From assembly GCA_021805985.1 (NCBI GenBank), contig JAJZDN010000006.1, positions 5,786 to 69,785 of the forward strand: a DNA stretch of 64,000 nucleotides. The letters are read 5' to 3'. A program made the translations under genes and the position numbers. Of this stretch, positions 28,555-38,874 are shown piece by piece. Positions within the stretch are counted from its first letter, which is position 1; every line of letters begins with the position of its first letter. The DNA comes from Planctomycetota bacterium. Its GTDB lineage: Bacteria > Planctomycetota > Phycisphaerae > WQYP01. The notes beneath the pieces are model-generated. The model had not been told where the DNA came from and made no database searches. It worked only from the letters and a program-made list of their open reading frames with translations.

Positions 28555-31452
28555 ATGCGAGCGTACTCATCTCGTAGGCGGTGCCGAAAAAGCCTAGTGT
28601 CGGTTGTCTCGCTGGCTGTGGTAGTGGGAGCGTCATCGGCGGCGCAAGCCACCGCCGTTACTGTTATTGGAAATAATGGCGGCCCGGGACAAAATGGTGG
28701 AGTGGCGGATGCAACGGCACGTAGTGGCAGCAGCACAGATGCAAATATTGTGGCAACCGCGCGTGGGGGCAACGGAGGCAACGGGAATCAGATCACTCCC
28801 AATGGCGGGGCGGGAGGAATAGCAAGTGCTGGTGCTTATACCGGGATCGGCGGGCCAGCCCTGATCGCATCTCCGCAAGTTACTGTGTCCGCCGCCGCAG
28901 CGGGCGGCCAAGGGGGTTATAGCGACATCGGTGCGGGAGGCATTGGTGGCAACGGCGGGTACGCTTCCCTCGGAATAGTGGAAGGGGGTTCTTCATTACT
29001 GGGAGCCGACGTTTCCATCACTGGCTCCGTGCAGGGTGGCGACGGCCGCCTTGGGCCGTCGGAAAGGCTTTCAAATGCGGTCAATGGATATTCCAATGGA
29101 GGCGCCCTGGCACTGACGCAGAATACTACCGGCGGATCATCGTTGAATCCCGGCGGCAGTGGCGGCTATGCCAGCAGTGTGCTCAATGAGAACCTCGCCG
29201 GCTTTTCTCATGCACCATCGGCCTTGACATTACATGTCAGTTCCACTGGTGGCAATGGCGGTGCTGCCAACACATTCACGAGCACCAGCGGTCAGGTTCA
29301 ACCAATTCCTGGTGGCAATGGCGGCAATACGCTGAGTTCTGCCGTCGGCAGTCTTTCGGGCAATGGTGCGGTAACCATTAACGCCACCGCCATCGGCGGC
29401 AATGGTGGCGCAGCTGATACGGCCGCACGTATTTCCGCCGGCCAAGGCGGAGCTGCTCAGCTGGGCCAGGTGGATGGCCAATCCGGCACCGGTACCGTTA
29501 GTGTTTCAGCAACCGCCATCGGCGGCGGCGGCAGCAACGGGCTGGCCGAGAATCTCAACAATGCTGTGCGCGGCCAAACGGCTGGTCCACTGAGTTTGAC
29601 GCAGAGTGCCACGGGTGGTTCGGCGTTGAACCCCGGTGGCAGTGGCGGCTATGCCAGTAGTGTGCTCAATGAGAACCTTGCCGGCTTTTCTAATGCACCA
29701 TCATCCTTGACGTTAAATGTCAGTTCCACCGGTGGCAATGGCGGTGCTGCCTTCTCCAGCGACCCTGCTGTAGGAACATCCGGCGGCAATGGCGGCAATA
29801 CGCTGAGTTCTGCCGTTGGCAGTCTTTCGGGCAATGGTGCGGTAATCATTAACGCCACCGCCATCGGCGGCAATGGTGGCGTAGCAGATACTGCCGCACG
29901 TATTTCCGCCGGCCAAGGTGGCGTTGCCCAATTGGGGCAGGTGGGTGGCCAGTCGGGTTCCGGCGCAGTTAGCGTATCGGGAACGGTCATTGCCGGTAAT
30001 GGCAGCAAGGGAGGTAGTGAGACTCTCAACAATGCTGTGCGCGGCCAAACGGCTGGTCCACTGAGCTTAACGCAGAATGCCACGGGTGGTTCGGCGTTGA
30101 ACCTCGGTGGCAGTGGCGGCTATGCCAGTAGTGTGCTCAATGAGAACCTCGCCGGCTTTTCTAATGCACCATCATCCTTGACATTAAATGTCAGTTCCAC
30201 CGGTGGCAATGGCGGTGCCGCCTTCTCCAGCGACCCTGCTGTAGGAACATCCGGCGGCAATGGCGGCAATGGCGGCAATACGCTGAGTTCTGCCGTCGGC
30301 AGTCTTTCGGGCAATGGTGCGGTAACCATTAACGCCACCGCCATCGGCGGCAATGGTGGCGCAGCTGATACGGCCGCAGGTATTTCCGCCGGCCAAGGCG
30401 GAGCTGCTCAGCTGGGCCAGGTGAGAGGCCAATCGGGTTCCGGCGCAGTTAGCGTATCGGGAACGGCGATCGGTGGTAACGGTGAATACGGAGTTAACGA
30501 GAATCTGAATAATCTGGTGACCGGAACAACCGCAGGCTCCCTGTCTTTAACGCAGACAGCGCAAGCCGGCAACGGTTTTGTCGGCGGCAATGCGGTAAGT
30601 GGCTTAACCTATTCTGCTTCCGAAAGCACCAGTCTGACCTTGGTATCCCAAGCTGTAGGGGGCATCGGGGCTTTCCCGGAAACCGGCACAGTGGCTGGTA
30701 TCCCGCCTCAGTCGGGCACCGCTCGGGCGGACGCCGGCGGTATGGCGGTCGCCGGGACCGCCACAGCCGTGGCCACCGCGCGTTCAAGCGCTGGTTATTT
30801 TATTCAATCGGTTGCCACACAAGCCAGCGCTCCGTTGTCTTCAGGTGTTAGCCAGAATGTTGAGAGCTTTGCATCAATCGGTCAATCCATGCGGCCCTCC
30901 AGTGGCGCTACCGGATTGGAGGCCGTTTCTTACGCGACTGGTTTTACCGCCCTAACAGCCCCAACCTCCGGCAGTACAGTGGAGGTGGGCAGTGCGTTGT
31001 TGCAGGCGGGAGGAGGCTCTTCGCCAACTGCGTATACCGCCAGCGCGACGTGGGCTTTCAACCCTGTAAAGTTATGGGTCCCGGGACAGAGCATGATTGT
31101 TACATTCTCAAATGTCGGCTATACCGGGTCGGGATTGGTAAGCTTTAAAATTCTTTTGGACAACGTATTGATTGGAGGCGTCGGCAACCAAGGGACACCG
31201 GTAAATTTTGCGATGGCCCAGAATTATTTTACACATTCACCGATAGATCTGGGAACGCTGAATGCTATGCCGCAGAACTCCACCTTGGAAGTATGGCTTT
31301 CTGTGGTCAGTACTGCCAATGGTGTATTTGATCCGACCGTCAATTTATACAATGGCCCATCGTCCAGCGTCCCGGAGCCCGGAGCGTTAGCGATCCTGAT
31401 CTTGGGAACTTTGTCCATGGTGGTGCGAAGAAGGCCGAAAGCTCCTCGGTAA
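28555..31452 (+). CDS. PEP-CTERM sorting-domain protein, Gly/Asn/Ser-rich with tandem repeats
   Basis: N-terminal signal peptide. Extensive GGNGG repeats. C-terminal VPEPGALAILILGTLSMVVRRRPKAPR (PEP motif, TM helix, basic tail). AGGAAGGAG RBS. Confidence 0.8.
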   Translation: MRAYSSRRRCRKSLVSVVSLAVVVGASSAAQATAVTVIGNNGGPGQNGGVADATARSGSSTDANIVATARGGNGGNGNQITPNGGAGGIASAGAYTGIGGPALIASPQVTVSAAAAGGQGGYSDIGAGGIGGNGGYASLGIVEGGSSLLGADVSITGSVQGGDGRLGPSERLSNAVNGYSNGGALALTQNTTGGSSLNPGGSGGYASSVLNENLAGFSHAPSALTLHVSSTGGNGGAANTFTSTSGQVQPIPGGNGGNTLSSAVGSLSGNGAVTINATAIGGNGGAADTAARISAGQGGAAQLGQVDGQSGTGTVSVSATAIGGGGSNGLAENLNNAVRGQTAGPLSLTQSATGGSALNPGGSGGYASSVLNENLAGFSNAPSSLTLNVSSTGGNGGAAFSSDPAVGTSGGNGGNTLSSAVGSLSGNGAVIINATAIGGNGGVADTAARISAGQGGVAQLGQVGGQSGSGAVSVSGTVIAGNGSKGGSETLNNAVRGQTAGPLSLTQNATGGSALNLGGSGGYASSVLNENLAGFSNAPSSLTLNVSSTGGNGGAAFSSDPAVGTSGGNGGNGGNTLSSAVGSLSGNGAVTINATAIGGNGGAADTAAGISAGQGGAAQLGQVRGQSGSGAVSVSGTAIGGNGEYGVNENLNNLVTGTTAGSLSLTQTAQAGNGFVGGNAVSGLTYSASESTSLTLVSQAVGGIGAFPETGTVAGIPPQSGTARADAGGMAVAGTATAVATARSSAGYFIQSVATQASAPLSSGVSQNVESFASIGQSMRPSSGATGLEAVSYATGFTALTAPTSGSTVEVGSALLQAGGGSSPTAYTASATWAFNPVKLWVPGQSMIVTFSNVGYTGSGLVSFKILLDNVLIGGVGNQGTPVNFAMAQNYFTHSPIDLGTLNAMPQNSTLEVWLSVVSTANGVFDPTVNLYNGPSSSVPEPGALAILILGTLSMVVRRRPKAPR
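29080..30530 (+). repeat. three tandem ~480-bp (160-aa) near-identical repeat units inside the PEP-CTERM gene
   Basis: The block ...AVRGQTAGPLSLTQ.ATGGSALNPGGSGGYASSVLNENLAGFSNAPSSLTLNVSSTGGNGGAA...TINATAIGGNGG.ADTAARISAGQGG.AQLGQV... recurs three times. Copies 2 and 3 are nearly identical at DNA level. Confidence 0.8.
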
Positions 31453-31616
31453 ATGAACCCTTGGCCTGGGCCGCCTCCGCCGTTTTTCTCAACAGCAACC
31501 TTTCGCCCGATGGGCGGACCGTGGAAGCAACCCCGCGGCTACGCCGCCATCTCCTGAATTTCGGAGACACTGCGGTTAGAATGCCGTCCGGTGTTTGGCT
31601 GAGGTAGTCTTAGATC

Positions 31617-33428
31617 ATGCTGCGTGAACTGCATATTTCTAATTTGGCCGTGATTGCGGATGCGGCGGTTGAATTTGACGCGGGCTTGAACTGCTTTACG
31701 GGACAGACCGGAGCGGGAAAGTCGTTGGTGCTGGGGGCGTTGGAACTGCTGCTGGCGTTGCGGTCGGGGCAGAATATGCTGCGGGCTGGGGCCAGCGAGG
31801 CGCGTATTACCGGTGTATTTGTTATTCAAAACGCTGCCCTGCGCCGCCGCCTGGCGGAGATTACCGATCTGCCTCTGGCGGACGAACCGGAAATTATTCT
31901 CGTGCGGCGGATTCATGAATCAGGCCGCACCACGGCCTCACTTAACGGCCAGCCGCTCACGGGATCCATGCTCAAAAACATTGCCGAGACGCTGGTGGAT
32001 ATTCACGGCCAGCATGACGCCCAATACCTGCTTAAGCCCGCCAACCAACTGGCCCTGCTTGATGATGCCGGGCATCTTAGTGCGCTGGCTGAAGAATTCC
32101 GCACGCTGCATCAGCAGCGGCGGGAACTGATGATCCAATCGCGGGAACTTAGTGCATCCCAAACCCTGCGCAAGCAACAGATGGAGCTTTATGAATTTCA
32201 AGCGAGGGAAATGGAGGATGCTGCCCCGCAACCGGGGGAATTAGAGATACTGGAGTCGCGGCATCGGCTGTTAAGCAATATCGAAAAAATTAAACGCCTC
32301 GGTGGCAGCGCGTATGAAGCACTGTATGAGGATGACGCCGCCATCATCGGCCGACTGAAAACCGTTACCGCCGTTCTGCTGGAAGCGGCGGAATTAAATC
32401 CGGATTTTATTGCCGCAGCCGGGCAGGTAAAAGATTCCACCATCGCCCTGGATGATGCGGCATTTACTTTACGCCGCACGCTGGATCACTTGGAGTTGGA
32501 CCCCGAAGAACTCGCAAGCGTATCCGATCGGCTTAATACGCTTAATCGGCTGATCAGCAAATATTGCGGTCACGGCGGCGGCCTGGATCAGTTACTGGAG
32601 TATCAGGAAAGTATCAAAGCGCAGTTGACGCAATTGAAATCCGCCGATCAAAACTCCGCCGATTGCGATGCCCGCATTGCAGAGCTGGAGAAGCAATTAT
32701 CAGCGGTTGGTGCCAAACTTTCCCAAGGGCGGAGAAAAGCTGCGGAAGTTGTTACACCGGGAGTGCATCAGCAATTGGCTGATTTGGGAATGAAGGAAGC
32801 CCGGTTTCACATCGAATTTTTGCCCATGGGGGCCGCAGGCGAAATACCGGGCCATCCGGATGATCTCTTTACTTCGCCCAGCGGAATGGAGACGGTGGAA
32901 TTTATGCTGGCCCCCAATCCCGGGCAGCCGGCGCGGCCCTTGCGCAAAATTGCCAGTGGCGGGGAACTATCCCGCGTGATGCTGGCAGTGAAGTCTATTT
33001 TGGCCGCGTCAGACCGGGTCAGCGTACTGGTGTTTGATGAAATTGACGCCAATGTCGGCGGAAGGATGGGGACGATCATTGGGGAAAAATTACGCGATAT
33101 CGCCGGGCGGCACCAGGTGCTGTGCATCACGCATTTGCCGCAGATAGCGGCGTATGCGGATCGGCATATTAGCATTCATAAGGTTGTGCGCGATGGCGAA
33201 AGTTTTACCTCCGTGAGTGCTCTGACCGGTCAGGTGCGCCTGGAGGAACTGGCGGAAATGATTACCGGGAAAAATATTACTCCCACATCGCTGGCCCAGG
33301 CGCAGGAACTTCTGGCATTGGCGGTTAGGAAAACAGGGGAGGCAGCTCCTGCGGCACGGAAAACAGGGTCCAATCGCGACAAGGCGAAAAAGCCGGCCGC
33401 CTTACCCAAAAGCCTGACGGAGAAATAA
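31617..33428 (+). CDS. recN: DNA repair protein RecN with lysine-rich C-terminal extension
   Basis: MLRELHISNLAVIADAAVEFDAGLNCFTGQTGAGKS (Walker A). SMC-like coiled coil. C-terminal signature/Walker B LSGGELSRVMLA...VLVFDEID. About 50 extra K-rich residues at the end. Confidence 0.9.
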   Translation: MLRELHISNLAVIADAAVEFDAGLNCFTGQTGAGKSLVLGALELLLALRSGQNMLRAGASEARITGVFVIQNAALRRRLAEITDLPLADEPEIILVRRIHESGRTTASLNGQPLTGSMLKNIAETLVDIHGQHDAQYLLKPANQLALLDDAGHLSALAEEFRTLHQQRRELMIQSRELSASQTLRKQQMELYEFQAREMEDAAPQPGELEILESRHRLLSNIEKIKRLGGSAYEALYEDDAAIIGRLKTVTAVLLEAAELNPDFIAAAGQVKDSTIALDDAAFTLRRTLDHLELDPEELASVSDRLNTLNRLISKYCGHGGGLDQLLEYQESIKAQLTQLKSADQNSADCDARIAELEKQLSAVGAKLSQGRRKAAEVVTPGVHQQLADLGMKEARFHIEFLPMGAAGEIPGHPDDLFTSPSGMETVEFMLAPNPGQPARPLRKIASGGELSRVMLAVKSILAASDRVSVLVFDEIDANVGGRMGTIIGEKLRDIAGRHQVLCITHLPQIAAYADRHISIHKVVRDGESFTSVSALTGQVRLEELAEMITGKNITPTSLAQAQELLALAVRKTGEAAPAARKTGSNRDKAKKPAALPKSLTEK

Positions 33429-33480
33429 ACTGAAATCCACCACTGATTATCCGGAATGGGAAGAATCCGAAGCAGCCAGT

Positions 33481-34920
33481 ATGGCCCCACAGAATCTCCA
33501 GCCGATGGCGAGCAAAACACGCAGCCTACGCATGGATTTTGTTAACCGCCAGCCCACGGCGGCGCTGGTCTTAAAGCTGGCAAGCCCTGCGATTATCGAG
33601 CAGATACTGGCGGCGGTTATTGGTCTGACAGATACGGTCGTTGCCGGACATTTGCCGGGGACCGCCAACACAATTGCAGCGGCCTCGGCGGCTGTGGGCA
33701 TTATGACCTATCTGCAATGGTTTGGGGGATTGATGACTGCGGCACTGGGCGTGGGGGCAACCGCCATTGTGGCTCGGGCTTTTGGATCACGCCGCTCCCG
33801 CATGGCTCAGAGAGTTGCCGGCACTTCTGTGAGTTCGGCATTTATTGCCAGTAGCGCGCTGGCCGTGCTGCTGTATGTTTTTGCCCGGCCAATTTCCTAT
33901 GGTTGCGGTCTTAGCGGCCTGTCGGCCCATTTTGCCCGGCAATATCTGCAAATTATGGTCATTACCATCAGCCTGCAAACCACCGGGCAAATCGGCATGG
34001 CGTGCATTCGCGGTGCTGGAGATACCGTCCGGCCCATGGCCATTATGTTTATGGTCATGGTGGTGAACCTTGTGGCCTCCACGGCTTTTGCTTATGGGTA
34101 CTTTGGGCTGCCGGCGTGGGGAATTCGCGGTGATGCGTTTGGCACCCTGCTGGCTTATCTTACGGGCGGCATCTGTGCTGCAGTAGTTTTGTTTACTGGA
34201 TTAAGCCCCATTAACTTACGCCTGCGACATTTAAGAATTATCCCCCATATTTTGACCCGCATACTGAAAATCGGCATTCCCAGCTGGGTAGAGGGCATCT
34301 TGCTGTGGGGTGGGCAGTTCATAATTGTAATTTTTGTGATCAATTCCAAAAACGATCCCAACGGTTATCTGCTGGCAGCGCATAATGCCGTTTTGCGCAT
34401 TGAATCGATTTCATTTCTACCGGGCTTCGGTTTTGGTATTGCCGCATCCACCCTCGTGGGGCAATATCTCGGAGCGGGTAAGCCGGAGGCGGCAAAGCAG
34501 GCGGGCAAAATCGCCAATACTTTGGCGCTGCTTACCATGACGATTCTGGCGCTGCCGATGATATTCTGCCCGGGATTTATGCTCTCGTTAATTGTTAATT
34601 CACCTCCGGTAATTAAGGCCGGCTTCTGGCCCTTGGTCCTGGCGGGCCTGGCACAACCGGGATTTGCCCTGGCGATTGTATTTTCCGGCGCGCTGAAAGG
34701 AGCAGGCGAAACCGTGCTGCCGATGATTTGCACAGTTTCCGGCATTCTGGTGGTGCGCTGGGCAGTGCTGGCCTTGGGGCTTTATTGGCTGGCGACGCAT
34801 GGAATCCACGGGGAAAATCTGACGGCCGTATGGGTGGCAATATGGATTGATCTGAATTACCGAGGAATATTCAACGCGGTTATCTACGCCCGTGGGCGGT
34901 GGCAGAGTAAAAAAATCTGA
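33481..34920 (+). CDS. MATE family efflux transporter
   Basis: 12-TM topology with MATE-like N-terminal ...ILKLASPAIIEQILAAVIGLTDTVVAGHL. Confidence 0.8.
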   Translation: MAPQNLQPMASKTRSLRMDFVNRQPTAALVLKLASPAIIEQILAAVIGLTDTVVAGHLPGTANTIAAASAAVGIMTYLQWFGGLMTAALGVGATAIVARAFGSRRSRMAQRVAGTSVSSAFIASSALAVLLYVFARPISYGCGLSGLSAHFARQYLQIMVITISLQTTGQIGMACIRGAGDTVRPMAIMFMVMVVNLVASTAFAYGYFGLPAWGIRGDAFGTLLAYLTGGICAAVVLFTGLSPINLRLRHLRIIPHILTRILKIGIPSWVEGILLWGGQFIIVIFVINSKNDPNGYLLAAHNAVLRIESISFLPGFGFGIAASTLVGQYLGAGKPEAAKQAGKIANTLALLTMTILALPMIFCPGFMLSLIVNSPPVIKAGFWPLVLAGLAQPGFALAIVFSGALKGAGETVLPMICTVSGILVVRWAVLALGLYWLATHGIHGENLTAVWVAIWIDLNYRGIFNAVIYARGRWQSKKI

Positions 34921-34951
34921 AGATCCGGCACTACGGCGCTGTCGCGTGGGG

Positions 34952-35308
34952 CTAGTGCAGCGGCAGGACACGTCTGGGGACCGCAATTTTCATGTGATCA
35001 CTGATTTGCGCGGGGTCTAATTGCGTAGCGTCTAAATTCGGGCTGCCCCGCCCGGACCAGAGCCAGATATTGTCCTTATCCAAGGATGATATCCAGAAAC
35101 TGAAATGACCCTTGGTATTAACAATATAATAATGTCGCGTAAAGGTGCTGGCGGGAGGCCCAATAGATAATTCTGCCCCCGCCGCCGGTAAAGTCGTACC
35201 TTGCCATGTGGCCATTCCCGCCACGTGGGTACAGCAAGGCAACACGGCGCATAGGGCTAAAAATGCCAGCAGGCTAAAGATACGCGGTGTTGATCTGAGT
35301 TTCATCAC
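34952..35308 (-). CDS. small secreted hypothetical protein
   Basis: Signal peptide MMKLRSTPRIFSLLAFLALCAVLPCCTHVAG. Confidence 0.35.
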   Translation of the reverse strand: MMKLRSTPRIFSLLAFLALCAVLPCCTHVAGMATWQGTTLPAAGAELSIGPPASTFTRHYYIVNTKGHFSFWISSLDKDNIWLWSGRGSPNLDATQLDPAQISDHMKIAVPRRVLPLH

Positions 35309-35436
35309 AAACTCCCGAAGTGTTTGAGCTGGGCCTAGGCAATTGGCTTGCCAGGTAGATCAACCCATTATCAGCGCAGCAACTAATGAGGTGCTAACCG
35401 CGGTGTTGAAAAGGATTAAACAGTACCGATGGCTTT

Positions 35437-35706
35437 TTAATTGACGGCCGCGGTGGCAGCCTGTTCAATGGGTTCCACCGAAACTTTTAAGTTGGAAGCA
35501 AAGTGTACCCGGCCTGGAGCTAAAGCAAAAAGGCTGTCGTCGCGTGCCAGACCGACATTCTTGCCTGCGCGATACTTCGTTCCGCGTTGCCGAATAATAA
35601 TGGAACCGGTGGTTACCACTTCCCCGGCATAGGCTTTTACGCCGAGGTATTTCGGATTACTGTCCCGCCCGTTCTGGGTGGAACCTTGACCTTTTTTATG
35701 CGCCAT
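35437..35706 (-). CDS. rpmA: 50S ribosomal protein L27
   Basis: [24 protein letters not shown]... is canonical bL27. No rplU upstream. Confidence 0.9.
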   Translation of the reverse strand: MAHKKGQGSTQNGRDSNPKYLGVKAYAGEVVTTGSIIIRQRGTKYRAGKNVGLARDDSLFALAPGRVHFASNLKVSVEPIEQAATAAVN

Positions 35707-35918
35707 GACACATCTCCAGGATAATCAAGGGCGAACCAGTTGTTCGCCTGCGAATTTCGCAAGCCGTTAAGTATACGCACTGCGGCTTTGATTGCAAGTA
35801 TCCTGTCGGACGATATTTCTGCCTGTTGACGGTCGCCCAACAAGCCGATAATTTAGTTAAGGTTTCTTGCCGCAGCAAAACCGCTGATACAGGCTAAGAC
35901 TGCTAGGAGTATAGATAA

Positions 35919-36224
35919 GTGATCATCACCCTCACGTGCCGTCATCTTGAAGTGACCCCGGCGATTCGCGAACATGCGGAAGCAAAGGCCAATAAGATGT
36001 TGAAGTATTATGACCTCATCAAGGAGATTGAAATAATTCTTGACGGCAGCGAAGCCAAACATAAGCGGGTGGAATTTCTTGTCAGCACCGAACATCGCAA
36101 TATGTTTGTCGGAAAACAGGAAGGCGATGACCTGTATGCCTGCATCGATCAGGCGGCCCACAAGATTGAACGTCAGCTTACAGAACACAAAGATCGATTC
36201 CGAAATCGTAAACATCCGGGATAG
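35919..36224 (+). CDS. hpf: ribosome hibernation-promoting factor (HPF/RaiA, sigma-54 modulation protein family)
   Basis: MIITLTCRHLEVTPAIREHAEAKANKM... is a typical short HPF. Confidence 0.85.
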   Translation: MIITLTCRHLEVTPAIREHAEAKANKMLKYYDLIKEIEIILDGSEAKHKRVEFLVSTEHRNMFVGKQEGDDLYACIDQAAHKIERQLTEHKDRFRNRKHPG

Positions 36225-36315
36225 CCCAGGCAAAATCGGCGGATATAATACCCTGCGGGCAATGTGTGAATTAAGCTGGGATTGTCGCCGATTGTATTTG
36301 TGAGATAACCAACGC

Positions 36316-36792
36316 ATGAAACTCGGTGATTTTATCGTGAAGGACTCTATCGTCCTGGATCTCAAGGCAACGAGCCGTGACGGGGTCATTAGAGAACTTG
36401 TAGAAGCTTTGGCCGCCGCAGGAGCACTTGACGTTGCAGACGTGGACACAATTTGTAAAGCCATCTTAGACCGTGAGCGGCACGGCAGCACGGGCTTTGG
36501 CAAAGGCGTTGCGGTGCCGCACGGCAAACTCGCGTGTGTAAAAAGGCGTATCGGCACCATTGGTCGCAGCGCCGTCGGGATTGATTTTTCCGCGTTGGAT
36601 CAAGCTCCCGTATTCAGTGTGGTGTTGTTGCTTTCCCCCCCGGATAATCCGGACGGTCATCTGCATGCAATGGAAAATATTTTCCGCAATCTCCAGCAGG
36701 ACAACTTCCGCCGCTTTCTGCGACAGGCGTCTTCGCGTGAGGAAATCATTGAATTAATGGAAGAGGCGGATCAAGCCGGTATGGCTCGCTAA
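36316..36792 (+). CDS. ptsN: PTS EIIA(Ntr)-type nitrogen regulatory protein
   Basis: PTS EIIA type-2 fold with active-site His context GKGVAVPHG. Sits in the canonical hpf-ptsN-npr context. Confidence 0.8.
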   Translation: MKLGDFIVKDSIVLDLKATSRDGVIRELVEALAAAGALDVADVDTICKAILDRERHGSTGFGKGVAVPHGKLACVKRRIGTIGRSAVGIDFSALDQAPVFSVVLLLSPPDNPDGHLHAMENIFRNLQQDNFRRFLRQASSREEIIELMEEADQAGMAR

Positions 36793-36860
36793 CGCGATTT
36801 TATTCCTTGGAGCCCTACTACTGTTACTGGACTCGCTCAATAGGTCGGTGCCCCCGAATC

Positions 36861-37124
36861 ATGGACAGACAAGTAAAAATTTCGAACCGACTCGGCCTGC
36901 ATGCCCGCCCGGCTATGCAGTTTGTGGATGTTGCTAATCAATTCAGGAGTAATATCCGGGTCTGGAAGGGGGATCAATGCGTGGATGGTAAAAGCATCAT
37001 GCACATGATGATGCTCGCCGCCACCGAGGGCACCGGTCTGAAGCTTGAAGCCGACGGAGAAGATGCGGGTAAAGCTCTGGACGCCCTGGAAAGTCTCATC
37101 AACGGCCGCTTCGGCGAAGAGTAG
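36861..37124 (+). CDS. ptsH: HPr-family phosphocarrier protein (NPr/HPr)
   Basis: MDRQVKISNRLGLHARPA... (active His15 context GLHARPA). Start trimmed from the ORF-track extension. Confidence 0.8.
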   Translation: MDRQVKISNRLGLHARPAMQFVDVANQFRSNIRVWKGDQCVDGKSIMHMMMLAATEGTGLKLEADGEDAGKALDALESLINGRFGEE

Positions 37125-37217
37125 GGACTCTCAAGGTTCATTATTTCCCGCAGGTTCACGACGCCCAAGCCAATCTTGGAACTCGCGCATGAGGGCTTGG
37201 ACCGGAATATTAAACCA

Positions 37218-38567
37218 TTACCCTGCGGATACCACGCCCATGGAGCCGGGTTTGCCGGCGCCGGGCATTAATTCTGGACGACCGATGGCGCGATAAATCA
37301 ATCCTGCGGCCAGGACCTTGGTGCTGCCGAGGCAATTTCGCCCGTCAAAGACATATTTGCCACGCATCAGGGATGCGATGTGCGGCCAATCCTGGGTGAT
37401 AAATACCGACCAGTCGGTAACCACAGCCACGGCATCAGCGCCGCGGGTGCATTCATCCACGCTATTGGCCCATGTAACTTTATCACCGAGGGTGCGGCGG
37501 GCGTTTTCCATGGCCTGCGGATCATACACCCGAACTTTTATCCCGGCGGCAAGCAGCGCGTGAATAACTTCAATGCTGGGGGCTTCACGCATATCATCGG
37601 TATCGGCCTTAAAGGCCAGCCCCCATATAGCTACCTGCGGCTCCGTTACGCCGGCTAGAGCTTTGATAATGCGCGTGGCAAAGGCTTTTTTCTGTCGGGT
37701 GTTGGCTTTTTCAACACCGCTTAACAAATGCGGTTCCAAGCCGAATTCCTGCATCTGGTGCACCAGTGCCGCGACATCTTTAGGAAAGCATGATCCGCCG
37801 TAACCCACGCCCGCTTTTAAAAAGGATGGCCCGATGCGTTTGTCCGTGCCGATGCCCACGCGCACCGATTCAATATCCGCGCCGATGGCCAGCGCCAACT
37901 GGGAAAGCTCATTAATAAAGCTGATGCGGACCGCCAGCATGGCGTTGGAGGCGAATTTGGTGAGTTCCGCGCTTTGCCGACTCATGGAGAAAATGGCATA
38001 GCCGCGGTCAATTAGCGGTTGATAAATTTCCCGCAGAACTTCCATACCGGCGTTGGAATTGGCACCGAAAACAATGCGGTCCGGCTGCATAAAGTCCTGG
38101 ATCGCGGTGCCTTCGCGCAAAAATTCCGGGTTGTTGACCACTTCAATGCGGTGCGGACTTTTGGCTACCTGCTGGGCGACAAGCTCTCCGGTGCCCGGTG
38201 GAACCGTGCTTTTAATGACCAGCGTCTTTGGTCCGTTGGCGTGCTTGAGAACATCTTCCACGGCGGCAAATAACATACTTAGATCCGCGCCGCCTTTGGG
38301 CGAGGGCGGCGTGCCTACGGCGATGAACACGCCCTGCGATTCTTTAATCGCCGCTGCGATATCCGTGGTAAAGCTTAGCCGGCCGGAGGAAGCTTCAGCC
38401 AGGATTAATTCCGATAAGCCCGGTTCATAAATGGGAACATTGCCCTGAGACAGCCCGGCGACGCGCTTGGTGTCCACATCGACACCGATGATCTTATGGC
38501 CCAGCGCCGCCAAACATGTGCCGCTGACTAAGCCGACATAACCACATCCGATAACCGCAATTTTCAT
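37218..38567 (-). CDS. ugd: UDP-glucose 6-dehydrogenase
   Basis: MKIAVIGCGYVGLVSG (NAD-binding GxGxxG) and a catalytic Cys region GGSCFPKD. Start trimmed, GGAG RBS. Confidence 0.85.
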   Translation of the reverse strand: MKIAVIGCGYVGLVSGTCLAALGHKIIGVDVDTKRVAGLSQGNVPIYEPGLSELILAEASSGRLSFTTDIAAAIKESQGVFIAVGTPPSPKGGADLSMLFAAVEDVLKHANGPKTLVIKSTVPPGTGELVAQQVAKSPHRIEVVNNPEFLREGTAIQDFMQPDRIVFGANSNAGMEVLREIYQPLIDRGYAIFSMSRQSAELTKFASNAMLAVRISFINELSQLALAIGADIESVRVGIGTDKRIGPSFLKAGVGYGGSCFPKDVAALVHQMQEFGLEPHLLSGVEKANTRQKKAFATRIIKALAGVTEPQVAIWGLAFKADTDDMREAPSIEVIHALLAAGIKVRVYDPQAMENARRTLGDKVTWANSVDECTRGADAVAVVTDWSVFITQDWPHIASLMRGKYVFDGRNCLGSTKVLAAGLIYRAIGRPELMPGAGKPGSMGVVSAG

Positions 38568-38874
38568 AAAAGCTCCAAATTCAGGCAGCCCCGAGGTGCT
38601 TAAATTACACCCAAGCCCCACCGCGCCGGAACTGCTGCACGTGAACAAAACCACAAGTAGACTGTTCAACGCCCCGGGCTTCACCGGCCGCCCGGAGATT
38701 ATCGGCAATTTTCGTCATTGTTGTGAATTTGTCCAATGAAATGCAAAATCCGTTAAAATGAGGGCATCATGCGTGCGGTTCGCGCAAGGGCGATATTTTA
38801 TGGCCCACGGACCAGCGCTTAAAGCGACCGGCTTTAATATCCGGATTAAAAAAAGGATCCCGACTGGTAGCGGG

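Noticed and set aside
29230-30787. Cluster of minus-strand ORFs (83-144 aa) inside the PEP-CTERM gene, and the periodic array as possible CRISPR
   Set aside because: The ORFs are generated by the GC-rich, stop-codon-poor tandem repeats of the plus-strand gene. The periodicity is ~480 bp with no short repeat/spacer structure, so this is not a CRISPR array.
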